A stretch of 64,000 bases of DNA. It comes from Anthoceros angustus (taxonomy: Eukaryota; Plantae; Anthocerotophyta). Position 1 is the stretch's first letter. Every line of letters begins with the position of its first letter. The notes beneath the pieces were generated by a model that had not been told where the DNA came from, made no database searches, and saw only the letters and a program-made list of their open reading frames with translations. The translations under genes were made by a program, and so were the position numbers. Positions 49,917-63,009 of the stretch are shown here, in pieces. The stretch spans positions 124,001-188,000 of the forward strand of contig VJWM01000116.1 of the NCBI GenBank assembly GCA_010909165.1. Reading direction: 5' to 3'.

Positions 49917-49976
49917 TATGGGAAGTCTTGCGTGTCTCTTATGGGAAGTCTCGCGTGACTCTTATGGGAAGTCTCT
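49917..49976. repeat. 23-bp tandem repeat (~2.5 copies)
   Basis: TTATGGGAAGTCT occurs three times at 23-bp spacing. Confidence 0.8.
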
Positions 49977-50535
49977 GCAGGCGCAAATCGAATAAGCAAG
50001 CAGTGTTCCAGGAAAGGCAATAACTTTGAGGCAGCACTGATCGTCCCATATTGCACTACAGGCTTCAAGCTACTTGCTTGAATCGATACTTAGATGAGGT
50101 AGGTGCCTAGAAGGAAAGGATGCCCTTCGTGCAAGTAGCTTGCACGAAGTAGCTTTGGCACATCATGATACACGTTCTCGGGTACCAAGTCCTACGACGG
50201 AAATGCCGTCCTTATAGGACTGTAATAGATTCTTTCCTTCTCCACCTCGAGTACACCTGTGGTTCCAGCCACGCTTGCAACGCTCTTTTCTCCACCTTGC
50301 AACATCAGTCATATGGTATGTCGATATCTGCTTGGGGGATGCCCACTGATTGCTCTCATCTGCTACAATCAACGTTATGTATTTGTGTGTCCCGACCCCG
50401 CATCGTTGCAAGCCTAGATTAAAACTCGTCATATTGTACAGAGGTCTCAGCGTGTTGGAATTTTTGCGAGCATATTTGGTGCATATGCTCCAGCAGTTTC
50501 CGCCATCCATGAGATGACTTGCTGGCCGGCAGCAA

Positions 50536-50721
50536 GTCATGCCTTCACATCTTTGGTTACTAGGTCTTGACCTAGCCTTTGTCAACAGGAGTGAGCACTG
50601 TGATGTTCCGCAGGGCCTCCACACTATGTCATGCCTTCACATCTTTGGTACTAGGTCTTGACCTAGCCTCTGTCAACAGGAGTAGGCAGTGTGATACTCC
50701 GCAGAGCCTCCACACTATGTC
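50536..50721. repeat. Tandem duplication of ~92 bp
   Basis: GTCATGCCTTCACATCTTTGG..CCTCCACACTAT occurs twice. Confidence 0.85.
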
Positions 50722-51199
50722 CCCTGCCCTCAAAGATGTCATGTGTCACATTGATCAGTAGGCCTATACAGCATACATCATAGTTAGTGTAGATGCAATT
50801 TCAAAGGCAAGCGTCAGGCGCTTGTTCAGTCAATTGCCTGAAGGTGCAACGGGAATGGCTGTTTCAACTGCTGTGTTACAAAGGGAGAAGACGTGCTGGT
50901 CCTACAGCAGGCACTGAACAAAGCAAAGGATGCCTACAATTCGTGAAGTAGAGGAGCAAACGCTACCTGGCCAAGCTCGTAATACCTGTAACAAGCTCCA
51001 CAGATGGACGAACTGCCTTTTCTTCAGCGGCTTTCTCATCTCCGTCAGCGAAAAATTCGAGTGTTACGATTCAACATCATACTAATGAGAATCAGACGTA
51101 ATGCCATCAACCGAAATTGTGGAGGCGACGGAACTGTCACCAGTGCATTTCAAGAGCTGCTCTTGACGGATTTAGATGGAAGCCAAGGAAGGATGGTGC

Positions 51200-51410
51200 A
51201 GGGAAGGGCAGGCTCAAACCCTAAACCTATGACTGACCTTCGCTAGCACTCTGAAGCCCTGTCGGAGCACAAGAGCCATCTTGTTTAGGTGGGAGGTACA
51301 TGCCGAAATTTTGAAACGGGGACTCCAATCAGGCGTTTTTGCGGTGAGCACCTTGGTGGAGATGTATGCCAAGTGTGGGAGCCTGGAGGCTGCTATGTTT
51401 TTTTGAAGTT
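51200..51410 (+). pseudogene. PPR relic
   Basis: TFASTLKPC..EVHAEILKRGLQSGVFAVSTLVEMYAKCGSLEAA across frameshifts. Confidence 0.75.
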
Positions 51411-51877
51411 GTAGGGCAAGGTGCTAGAATCTTCCGTCTTCGTCCCTCGCTCTTAGGGGCAATTGAATCTGTCCGCCGCTGACCCGCCGGCAAGACTCGG
51501 ATCTTGGCATGCCAAAGACCCCAAGTCCACGCGCGTAGCCCGTCAGCAGCCTTTGTGTGGGAACAAGAATATCTGAACGCCTAGGCAGTGCCTCTTCAGT
51601 TTTTTGTCGGAACATGGATATCTCAGCTGCGAGGCCGTGTTCAGACACAGAGTGTGAAGACCATGTCTTCACTCTTCGTGTCCAAAGACGTCTAGGTGTT
51701 GATTGAACCCACTGGCATTCCACTAGCAGGCTAAGAGAAAAGAAATACAATCAACGATCTGAGGCACCTTCTCAAGCTTGCATGCATAAACTCCACTCCG
51801 GGCAAATGTTTCCCTTGTGAAAGTCTGTTGGAACCCATACTTCATCCATCAAGTTACAGCGGTCCACATGATCCACC

Positions 51878-52582
51878 ATGCTCCAGCTGGATAACAGACA
51901 GACCAAGAAGGCTCTGGGTATGGAGATGGAGTTGAGTGGTGGTGGCTTGCACTGGAGCTTGCCGGACGATCCAGACCGTCATACGCCTGCAGAACGCTAC
52001 ACGAGTGTGACGGCTGAGACCGTGAGAGAGCTATGTGGTCAGGGCCACTCCACTGAGGCTGTTGAGGCTTTCTGGGCCATGCTTTCTCGGTGGAACAGGG
52101 GCATCAGTCAGACATTCTGCGGATGTATGCTGCTTATGCAAGCTTGCAAGGTGCGATCCACATTGTCAGATGTATTTACAGTGGTGGCTAAAACGGATGC
52201 CTTCACGTGGTGCCATAATCTCTGCCCATGTTAAGCTTACAACTCTATGATAAGTACATCTGCTGCGCAAGTCTGTAATCGCTTGGTTAACACATATGCG
52301 AAGTGTGGCAGCTTGGAAGACACTCAGAGTGTCTAATGTGCTATGCAAGGAAAGGGCATGGTTTTCCTCATATTGTGATGTTTGTTTGTCTCCTGTAGGC
52401 CTGTACAATTCTGGGCCCTTCAGCCTTGGAGATGGGGAAGCAGCTAGCTCGATTTGCAAATAGGAGAACGGTTTCAGTGCATAGCTCACCTCTGATGAGA
52501 TATTATGGGTTTAAAGCTATGAGGGATTGCCAATTGCAACCGCGGATATGGAGAGTTGTTGTAGGCTAGCAATTTCATTTTT
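51878..52582 (+). pseudogene. PPR relic (N-terminal part), paralogous to the gene at 26358
   Basis: WSLPDDPD..VTAETVRELCGQGHSTEAVEA resembles WRMPGDAD..ITAEMVGKLCEQGQLTEAVEA; CNRLVNTYAKCGSLED. Confidence 0.75.
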
Positions 52583-53717
52583 GCAGGGGGCACCAGATGC
52601 ATATGAAGGCGGTCGTGGAAGAATATGTGATTCAGACCCATCCACCGAGAATGGGATTGGAAGGAAAAAGGGTGGGAAGGCAAATTTCAAGAATGTTCAA
52701 GAAGTCTTCATCAATAAAAGCTCATCTTGTATTATGGGTTCGGTTTGAATTCGTAAACATCTCTATTCCATTGACAAAAAGCGATCAGGATAAGTTGAAT
52801 GAATTGCGGGGCTTCGAGCCACCCGCCAAAGTGCGAAGAGTGGCGAAGACGGTGAGGACATCGGGCCCTTGGACATGGAAGGTGTCAATTCGGAGATGAG
52901 TGAAAGATGTATGAAGTGGAGGCAAACATCGGTGGACATCGGTAGACAAGAGGGTTTACTCTCGGTCAAGTGTGAAGTGTTAGGGTCAAAGTGGGAGCTC
53001 GCGTTAGTGATAGGGAATCACTTGGTGCTATCATTCGGTGTTGGAAGTTGAAGAAGTTGGAGTCACTTCCACGGCCGTAGGTTGCGATGTCGACATGGAC
53101 AAATGGCGGTGGGCGGCGCCACCATTTTCACCATCCTCTAGTAGCATGGAAACCCGTTTTCCGCACCGATCCCTGTATTGTACATTTTGTTGTCGGACTA
53201 TATATAACCCATCCGTATCGCATGCCTAAATCCTACATCGTGGAACCCGATAGTTGGCGAGCGGCCCCTTCTTGCCAAAAACAACTATGGGTTACGGGCG
53301 ACGGTTCGGAAAGAAGCACCATTCTTTACCAATGATGATATGAAGATTGGCAATGTCTTCAAAAGACCTTGTTTATTTAGATGCCTCAATCAACCCGTTC
53401 CCTTTTAGTCCTTAGGGTACTTATGGTAAGCAAGCATGGGTCGTATTATGCCAAATTCGATGGCGAACTCGCTAACCCTTTGTGTGATGGAACCTTTGCT
53501 CGGTCAATTTCATCCTTATCGACCCTTATTTTCAGGCCTTTTTGGGCGATGTTGCCCAAAGGAGCGAATGCGACCCATCCCAAACCCCTTCCGACGATAT
53601 TTGGATGAAAACCCCCAGATATATTAACCCCTTCCAAGATTATCACCACCGTGGTGGCTTGCTGGAGCTTCGGGGCCATCATTGTCATAGGCTGTGAGAA
53701 AGCTCTGAGTGTGGTAC

Positions 53718-54278
53718 GAGACCGTGAGAGAGCTATGTGGTCAGGGCCACTCCACTGAGGCTGTTGAGGCTTTCTGGGCCATGCTTTCTCTGAAACAGGG
53801 GCATCGATCGAGACATTCGGATGTATCTGCTTATGGAAGCTTGCAAGGTCGATCCACATTGTCAGATGTATTTACAGTGGTGGCTAAACAGATGCCTTCA
53901 CGTGGTGCCATAATCTCTACTTATGTTAAGCTTACAACTCTATGATAAGTACATCTGCTGCGCAAGTCTGTAATCGCTTGGTTAACACATATGCGAAGTG
54001 TGGCAGCTTGGAAGACACTCAGAGTGTCTAATGTGCTATGCAAGGAAAGGGCATGGTTTTCCTCATATTGTGATGTTTGTTTGTCTCCTGTAGGCCTGTA
54101 CAATTCGGGCCCTTCAGCCTTGGAGATGGGGAAGCAGCTAGCTCGATTTGCAAATAGGAGAACGGTTTCAGTGCATAGCTCACCTCTGATGAGATATTAT
54201 GGGTTTAAAGCTATGAGGGATTGCCAATTGCAACGCGGGATATGGAGAGTTGTTTGTAGGCTAGCAATTTCATTTTTT
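53718..54278 (+). repeat. Near-identical direct copy of 52016-52582 (PPR relic)
   Basis: GAGACCGTGAGAGAGCTATGTGG...GCAATTTCATTTTT is present at both sites. Confidence 0.92.
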
Positions 54279-54635
54279 GTACCGTGGGGACCAGTCCTCA
54301 ATGAAGATTGAGCATGTCATGCAGCGCTGGGTACTCAACCAACGAGCTCTCCTTCAAACATTAACGATGAACCCTCTGAATGCATCTTCCCGAGGAAGCC
54401 CATCAACCACTTTGAGAATGCACTTCTCATCGATGATGTGAAGGTCTAGTTAGTCGAGCCTCAACTCAATCCAATAATATTTTATCTAAAGTTTCAACAA
54501 TTGCCATTGTTTTTCAAACAAAAAATTGATCAGATTGTATTCGATAAATCATGTATTCTTGTTGTGAGATTTGTGTGTACCAACTTTATCAAACTACAAT
54601 TCATACAATCTTAGGAGATACTAGGTGTACAAGTT

Positions 54636-56154
54636 TTAGGACCAAACACAAGACGATTTGGTAAACCCTAGTCGATTGTTATGAATATCATATTCGATAA
54701 AGAAATTACATTGTTGCAAATTTCCGAGTATGCTAAAACTTCCTATAGTACTGTCGATAATTGCAAGACAATATGTACTACTTCCATATTCATAGAATAG
54801 GTTTTCCTTGGGAAGCTTCATTTCGACCTCAGAAACATTATTATTCCAGTTTTGAAAGTGAAAACTCACGGTCGGAAACTGAGTTGAATAGAAAGTGTCT
54901 CTTGTGATATTGTAGCATAATCTAAACTCGCTGTTGTCCACAACAGGTAAGTCTATTAACTCATCAAAGACTTCAGCTAAGACAAGAGCTGCCGGGAAAG
55001 CCAATTGTGTGAATGTGGTGCCGGAGTCAATTATTGTGCCAGTGTAGTCAATGGTTGTAAGTTCAAACAAGGATGAGTAGATCTTCAATCGACTTCCTCC
55101 TACGGAAATTCCTCTGAGGTTGACAAAATAATATGAAGGTTCCCAAGAGCCTAATAGAATTGGAGTGTAGAAAATATGATATTTAGATCCATTCTGCCAA
55201 TTATTTTTATCTCCAAATGATAAATAGCTAATAGCATTCTTTTGAGTCATTCTATCCGGAAAGCGACCTAATAGGACATAAATACCTCAGGTTAAAAAAT
55301 AATAGTCACTAAAGAAAAATAAGATTTTAATACATCAAAAGTATCATCTTTCATTAAAAAACAATTCTACCGAACTTGACAAAATTTGGGGCTTTTATGA
55401 GCAGCTAGTTGCATTCAAGAGAATTTTTATCTCTACCTAAACCCAAAATACCGTGTCCATATTTGGAGCTTCATGTGACGAATAGAAATTTGTCGACATC
55501 CAAATTGGATGCCTATAATTTTTATTATAATGCAATTCTTTCATTTATCAACAAAGTGTCTATAGCAAGATATCCTTCAAGAGGTTCCATCTCCATATTT
55601 TATTTTAAAGGTTTGTTGTCTTCCATTGCCAAGCTTAAGTTGCTTATATGTACTTGACTTTAAAGGATTGAATGAACCTTGATCATGTTCACAACCTCGA
55701 CCTTCACATATTTCACATCGAATCCACAATTGATGAGTATCTAAAATAAGTTGTGTATCTTGTGGTGGTGTTCCCATTTTAAGCTTGACATAGTATTCAT
55801 CTTGCCAAAAGTTACTTGGAGATATAAGGGGGTTTTTTAAGTTCAATTTCCTTGATTCGTTCTGCCTTGGATATTTTAAACTTACTTTTGTTGGGCCTTC
55901 GAAGAGACCTTCATGTCGTTTTGGAATGTAGTAATCTCTAATTAGAGTACTATTGAGAAAGTGTGCATGAAAGAGAGGAAAAGTATGTTCAGGAGTCTCT
56001 CCCAAAATATCTTGTAAGGACGGTAGGATATTCTTAGTCTCAGTCATCAAGTAATTACAACTTGCAAAAGTTGAAAAAGTTCCCAAAAAGATGTACAACT
56101 GAATAAATATTTTTAGTATAATTTTAAAATTATATAAAATATGATATTATCCAT
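54636..56154 (-). pseudogene. A1 aspartic protease (nepenthesin/CDR1-like), AT-rich and frameshifted, first catalytic motif damaged
   Basis: EYYVKLKMGTPPQ..LILDTH, FNPLKSSTY, YGDGT, GILGLG, YYFVNLRGISVGG, IIDSGTTFT, ILGNLQQCNFFIEYD..RLGF. Confidence 0.8.
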
Positions 56155-57528
56155 TCTGCGATGAAAGATTTAAATCAAATGATGTCAGAAATACAGTGTT
56201 GAAGTAGTGTTATCTTGTGAGATGCACAAATTTCAAATTGTCAGTTTCCTTCTCTAAAATAAAATTAAAAAGTCATAAGTTGGAGCAGTCTTTAAGAAAA
56301 GGCTATCAAACATTTTTCACTTCTCACCATCTCTGGTGTACACATAAAACTTTGAAAGTTGATATTATAAGTGGATGAGTTAACCTTTGAATGCCAATAT
56401 TATTCTAGTGAACATATTTTATATGAGATTGTGTAATCTATTTTAGAAGCTTTTCATATCTTTTTTGTATAAATAAAATTCCATAAAAGGATTGCCTAGT
56501 CCCAGAATGACAATCAAGCTAGCTCAAAACGAATGATTTGAAAATCCCTATTTAGGTTCTCAAAATTTAGGGTTCTCCACATAGTTCTCCCCAAAATTAG
56601 GGTTGTCCCTACCATGATTCGTTTGTCCAAGCCGTCGAGTTCCTTGCAATGAATACATTGAAACTTTTGTGGAGGATTTTTGTATACTCGAATTTCCAAG
56701 CTTTTTAGAAAGACACTAAATTGAAGAACGTATTTTAGAAGGCCCCTATTCTTTTGTTCGTATAAATAAATTTCTATTCAAGTTTTTAATTAAGATGTAA
56801 ATGAATTGGTTGGTTTCTTTTGAGATGTGATTGTGATGGACCCTACTTGGGCTATTTGTGAGCATATTATCATCAACTCTCCGGGTTGGGTGGCGGAGGG
56901 ATGTAGAGTAGTGAGGTTGGCGGTACATCCATGCGGGAAGACCACACATTGATTGCCTACCGAGACCTCTGAGGCCATGCCAAAGATTTCTTCGGGTTCA
57001 TTTGGCCGCCCAAAATGGGCAATCACGGCGACTCAGGGCTATTTGCCTCTTTCCGGGGTAGATGAATTTCCAATTTTTTTCCTACGTAAAGTCTATGTTT
57101 TATTTTATTCTTGTTGTAGTTAGATGTTAGGATGGAAGTTCTAAAAAAGACCGTGTTAACTCATACTTTTGCCTTTTGCCGCTCGTTGAAGTAAGGTTGA
57201 GTCAGTCGTTTCACTCATGATTGTCCCTCTTTCCGAGCAAAAGAGTTCCAAAGTAATGGAGATTTTATTAAAAAAAAGAGATCACCACCTACCCCGAACC
57301 TAGGGGACCACCCAGTAAGTAATGGGACATGAGAATTTGGATCTTTCTAAAGGCAGGCCCCGAGTCGAAGGCATTGCTTGTTGCTCTCTCCCTCCCTTCA
57401 TTGTCGCAATTTCATTGACACTGTTAATTAATTGATTGAAGATTATTTGTCTTGTTTGAATTTTACCTTTACATTCGTCCATACCATTGTAGCGCAATCT
57501 ACGTAGTTATCATATTTCAATCCCACGA

Positions 57529-57583
57529 GGGAAATCCGTCCTTAGTGAACTTCAATAAACTTCTTCTTTTTTTCTTCTTCTTC
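57529..57583 (+). mobile_element. Dispersed (TTC)n-tailed repeat, copy 3
   Basis: GGGAAATCCGTCCTTAGTGAACTTCAATAAAC(TTC)n. Confidence 0.5.
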
Positions 57584-58082
57584 CTCCCTCCCTTCCTTCC
57601 TTTCTTCAAACCTTCAAATCTTCAAACCGCGTTGATTTTGGTGACGTTGTGGTCCCAAGACTTCGTCGTGCTGCATGGCGGTAGGATTACTTTACTCACA
57701 GAGTCAGTGATCGGCTGTCCATTGTACGGGGTAGGGTGGTTCCTGGAAGGTGTGGGAGCTCGCGTGCCTCCTGCAGACTGCTTTATCTGGTCCAATGGCA
57801 GCCGGATGTAGATACACGAGAGTCCAAAAGAGAAGAACGACGTCCCGTCAACACCATGAAAGCACAGTCACGACTACGCCAAATCATGCTCGTCTTGATT
57901 CGTATCTCAAGGCCGGGTCCCCCCCGTCTTTGATGCGTTGGTGCTTCCGCGAAGCTGCGACGGTGGGGGATGCGAATGCAGCCCAGTCTGCCATTGTACA
58001 CTCACACTAGCCTCAGGTGGTGGGTGAGCTGGGCTGGTGCGGCCTCTGAGCTCTGGTGGGCTTAGTATGCGAGGATTGGGCC

Positions 58083-61000
58083 ATGGCGGACGGAACGAGG
58101 CTGCGTCCTGTTGCGGAGGAGAATGGGCGGAGCGTGGAGGATTCTCGGCGGCCGGTGCCCCCCTCCGAGAGGTCTTGGGCGACGGCTGACGAGTGGGATA
58201 AGATGGCAGAGATCCTGGATAAAGCAGGCAACCTCCAGGTCGCGAGCCTTGCGGTGGGTGACTCGACTTCGGGGTGTGGGTGATGGGTACGGTGGTAGGA
58301 TGGTGGGATGCTGATGCTTGGCATTGCTAACATTGTTGGAACTTGGCCCTGCACAGGGCTCGAATGAGGTAGGTGCGAGCAAGGGGGTGGGCGTTAGTGT
58401 GGGGGGGGTTCTGTCCGAGCTGCTGGATCTGTTTGGGAATATCGGGACCTACGGTTTGGTCTTCAAGCTGGCTGCATTCATCCGAAACCGAGTGAAGATG
58501 ATGCAGGATGTGGAGGAGCGGAGCAAGCGGGTGGCAGAGGAGACTCAGTTCATTCGGGAGCGCTTCGAGAAGGTGGAGATACAGTTCACACTTTCCGATG
58601 TGTCCATCCTGGAGCAGGGGGCCGAGACCTTGTGTTTCTGTGCCATTGTGTTGCAGAGGTTGCGCGTCAGGAGTTGGGGGTGAGTGAGTGGGAGTCTTCC
58701 CTGACGGTTCGGATGGAATTAAGGGGTTTGTTGATGGCTGCTGCAGGGAATGAGCTGATGGATGGAACAACTGTGGTGTGGCAGGGCTTGTGCTTGCCTG
58801 CTCATCAAGTTATGCAGCTGCCTGTCTGCACCTGCGAATCAAGCGGCGTTGGTGACATGCGAAGAGAAGCTCAGGAGCTTTCGGGAGAGAATGTCTCTTG
58901 CCCTACAGACTCGCCGTCCCGTTTGCGATCTGCCGGATCTGCAGTGGCCCCCGGCGGTCGGGATCGATGACCAGATTGATAAGGTGCTCGAGTTTCTGGG
59001 GCAGACTAACTCTGACCAGGGCGTGTCGTGCGTGGTCTGCTTCCACGGGGTGAACGGTGTGGGTAAGAGCCGGCTCATGTTCGAGGTGCAGAACAGGTTC
59101 CCAGCCCAGTCCCACTTTGACAACTTCTACACCATGGACTTCGCTTCGGCATCCGATCTCCAAAGCCTCCTGTACTTGCAACAGGGGCTCGTGGAGCATA
59201 TCCTGGGCACAGGCACGGCCACTGCACTGAGAAGTACGGATTCGGGCAGGACGACTATCAGGAGGTGCCTGGCTTTCCAGAAGGCGAGGGAGCAGCGGGT
59301 GCTGTTTGCCTTCGACAACGTTGGGAAGGCGGAACACTTGACTTCCATCTTGCCACTGAACCTGGCTGAGGAGCTGCCCGCTGGGAGCTGCATTCTGGTG
59401 TCACTGGCCCACAACGATCAGATTCTGAGAGCCATCGAACAGGTGTTTCCACGCAGCAGGACATGCCAGCACAAAACACACTCGGTGACTCGTCTGAAAG
59501 AAGAGGATGCCAAGAAGCTCCTCAGCCTGCACGCAGTTAACCTGCCGAAGGACGAGTCGGTGGTGGAAAAACTCGTTGCCCGCTGTGACGGGCTCCCTTT
59601 CCTGCTCAAGGCCGTGGGTCAACGGCTTGCGCAGTGCGCAGACTGGCAAGCTGTGCTGGACGGGCTGAGAAAAGCTGAAGACGGTGCTCTGGTGACTGAT
59701 GAGCTTACCGGGGTGATGACGCATCCCAACGCCGTGCCAGCAGAAAAACCTTCACCCGCTGGCAGGTTACCATCCATACCATCCGTGAAGCCTGCGGTGC
59801 CAGCACGCAAACCTTCAAACGCTTGCAGGTTAACATCCATACCATCCGGGAAGCCTGCGCCACTTGGCCGTCGTGTGCTAGTCCTGCGTGTGGAACCGAG
59901 TTACAGAAAATTGGACAACGCGGCCCTGAACAAGCGCCTGGACAGCAAGTTGAAGGTTGTGTTCGGAGCCCTGGATGAAGAGCTGCAGAATGCGCTGAAT
60001 GACATCCGAAGCTTGCTCGCTGGTTGGGACTGGAAGACAGTGGAGGCCATCCTTGGGACAGATCTTGATCATGGGAAGGACTTGATGAAGAAGCTGGCTG
60101 ATCGGTCTCTCATATCCCCCAAGGTGAGCAAGGGGGCGCGCTTGGCTCCGGTAGCCAACCTTACCAGGTACTCGGGGCCTGGTCCTTGGAAGACCAATGT
60201 GGTGGCTGTGGATGAGCGCGTCCTGCAGCCGTCCAATACCGTGGCCAGTCTGGTGGAGCTGGATCATCCTGAGGCTGTCACGCTTGACAGAATCCAGGGC
60301 GTGAAATATCTGGTGGTGCACAACAGTTCACTGGACGCGACATGGTCCCGTCACCTTGCTGATTTGAAGTTCTTGTACTGGAGTGTGAGCAGAGTTGGTG
60401 CGTCGACATCCTTCACATTCCCTTTCCAGGGACCTCATGTTCTACCACAGTTGAAACTGCTGATCATTTATGGCAATCTCAATGTCCATCAGTTCACGGT
60501 GGGTTCCTCCTTCCTCCTCCTTCACATCATGGAGTCCATGGCAGGTTCTGAGCTGATTCTTACGGACTTGCTGTTGATGTCGTTCAGATACCTTCAGAGC
60601 TGCCCCGGCTCATCCTTGTCAACTGTGGTGCAACACAAGAGCTACCGGAGGCCATGTTCGTCTCAAGGAAGCTGGAAGAGCTCCGCCTGAGAGACTGTCG
60701 TAACCTGGCACGCCTCCGTCTGCCTCAAAGCAACAATCACCTGCAAACCCTCTGCCTGGAGAGATGCCCCGCTCTGAAAACCTTGCCCAAAGCCATTTCC
60801 GGTTTGAGAGCTCTGCGAACCCTGGAGCTGCTCTCATGCGACGGCTTGGAGAAGCTGGAAGCAGGGGGCGTAGGGAGTCTGGAGAATCTACGAGCTCTCT
60901 CTGTCGTGGGCTGCGACAGGCTTACGGCACTGCCTGACGACCTCGGAAATGTGTCCACACTAGAGTCCTTGAACCTATCCTTCTGCAGCAACCTCGGGGA

Positions 61001-61478
61001 GGTGCTGCAGATCGGTGATGGTTTGGGACAGCTGGAAGATCTCGACCTGACAGGATGCTCATCGATCCGCAAGCTCTCACCGGACATCAAGATGCTCAAA
61101 TCTCTGAGCAGACTGAGTCTGGTTGCCTGCTCCAACCTGGTGTCTCTCCCGGACGAGATCGGGGAGTTGCGGAACTTGCAGGACCTGGAGATGGGTTTTT
61201 GCATCCGAGTGCGAAACCTGCCAGTGAGTCTCCTCAACCTGGCGTCTCTCCGCAGGCTGACGCTCACCTGGTGTTCCAGTCTGAAGGAACTGCCGGAAGG
61301 TCTGGACGCGTTGAGCAGCCTGGAGTACCTCAATCTTCTGGGCTGCCAGGCACTGGACGTGTCCAAGTATTCGGAGGTAATCCAAAAGCTGCGGAACAAC
61401 AAGGCCGTGGTGCACGCAGAGCCATCCGACTTGCGGACCCTTTACACCGGCCAGCAGCAGGGGAGGAGAACCGGATAG
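58083..61478 (+). CDS. NLR immune receptor (helical N-terminal domain, NB-ARC, LRR); exons 58083-58253, 58357-58572, 58657-58679, 58785-60498, 60588-61478
   Basis: P-loop HGVNGVGKS, Walker B VLFAFDNV, RNBS-B GSCILVS, GLPL as CDGLPFLL, and about 10 LxxLxLxxCxxLxxLP repeats. All proposed introns are GT-AG and phase-consistent. Confidence 0.9.
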
Positions 61479-61636
61479 GCGGCCTACTGGTCCAACCCGA
61501 CTGCAAACGTGTCGAGCCCTGTCGACAGAACGAGATTCCTCTCTGCTCCTCCTGCGTCTAGTGGTCCCATGGAACCTAAGACTACGGGGGATAGACACAG
61601 CAGTATCGATGAAGAATAGTTGGCTAAGATTTGTCC

Positions 61637-62947
61637 TTACAAGGCAACTTTGCCTCGTATCCAAATGATCACCACACCTTCGCAGTCGGAGGTTGCAAGT
61701 AGGTTCTCTCCGTGGTTCCAAGCAACACCCACAACAGGAACGCTGTGCCCCTGAGCAGTAAAGAATGGACAGGATTTCAGCACAGTCAAGAGGATGATGT
61801 TGCAGGATAGAAGGACGCTACGGAGCAGAAACCTGCAGCTTGTTGACGCATGGGGACTTGGGCCGGGTCAGATCGTAGAACCCCACGGTGCCCTCCTCGC
61901 TCCCAGACACTGTCATGGAGATCACAGGTGTCAGTGGCATGGAAGAGAAGGAGGTGCTGAAGCAGAGGGGCGGGGTTGCTTCTCGGGAACCTATGAATTC
62001 GCCCCTCTCCAATGACAGGAGTGGGCAGAAAGACGTCTTAATGCTTCTTGCCCGAGGGCCCAGGTGGAGGGAGAAGATCAGGAGCAGGGTGCCCTTCAAG
62101 GTCAGGGAGACACTGTCACAAATCAAGCCTTGGTTGTGTTAAGGAGGATGGCATGCATCATGATGGGAGGCAGACGTTTGCGGAGAGAGCATCCAACCTG
62201 AAGAATCTCATGCTTCCATCACGATTGGAGGTGAGCAGTACAGGCTTGCCGGCGAGGTGTGAGAAGGTCTTGAATTGAACAGTTGTTGTTGCTGATTTGT
62301 GCCGCAGGCCAGCTCCATTTCGGTGAGCATGGGCCAGTGCAGCTGTGCGTTTCTCCACCGTAATGCTGTGAATTGTACCCTTCCAGAACACGATATCCTC
62401 TTCAGGGATGCTTCAAATGAGGAAAAGATTAGGACAGCTCGTGCATGCAGGTAGCAAGGTACCTGAGAGTCGCCAGCAAAAATGATGTTGCCAGTGCTAT
62501 CAGCGTCCAGCGCTGTCACGTTGTTGTCTACAGAAAGCTTGTGCAACACCCGGCCTGTGCTGAAATTGAACACCTGTACGGTCATATGCATAGGAATTCA
62601 GAAGTCAGGGGCCGGCCACAAATGGTGTGGCGAAGCTTACTGTACACTGATGTGCAAATCACAGACTTACTGAGACGTTCTTACTTGAGTTGCCCACGAG
62701 GAGGAGGTTGTTATTCACCTGCGTTAACACCACTCAGGAGGGATGAGAAGCTCGAGAAGATGGTTGAACGTTAATGTGATGGGCACGAAACAGAGTCAAG
62801 GAGTTACAGGATGAAACCGTATACAGAGCTGCGCAGTCTTTTCGTATATGATCCGCACACATTGTCCCCCCTTGACGTCCCAGATTCTTACTCTCTTGTC
62901 CACAGACGAGGAGCATATGTACCGATCATTCAACGACAAATCCAAAT
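61637..62947 (-). CDS. WDR13: WD40 protein WDR13-like, 3' exons only
   Basis: LSLNDRYICSSSVDKRVRIWD..CIRFHP|VNNNLLLVGN|VFNFSTGR..GDSQ|..SFCPLLSLERGEFI|VSGSEE..YDLTRPKSPCVNKLQ|GHSVPVVGVAWNHGENLLATSD..VIIW. Confidence 0.85.
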
Positions 62948-63009
62948 CTGCAACAATGGAAAAAGAAGGGGTTCGATAATAAGGATAGATACACTAAATC
63001 TGCTGGCCC

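Noticed and set aside
58083-58140. MADA motif at the NLR start (MADG)
   Set aside because: The following residues (TRLRPVAEENGR) are hydrophilic and do not fit the amphipathic MADA or MAEPL consensus.
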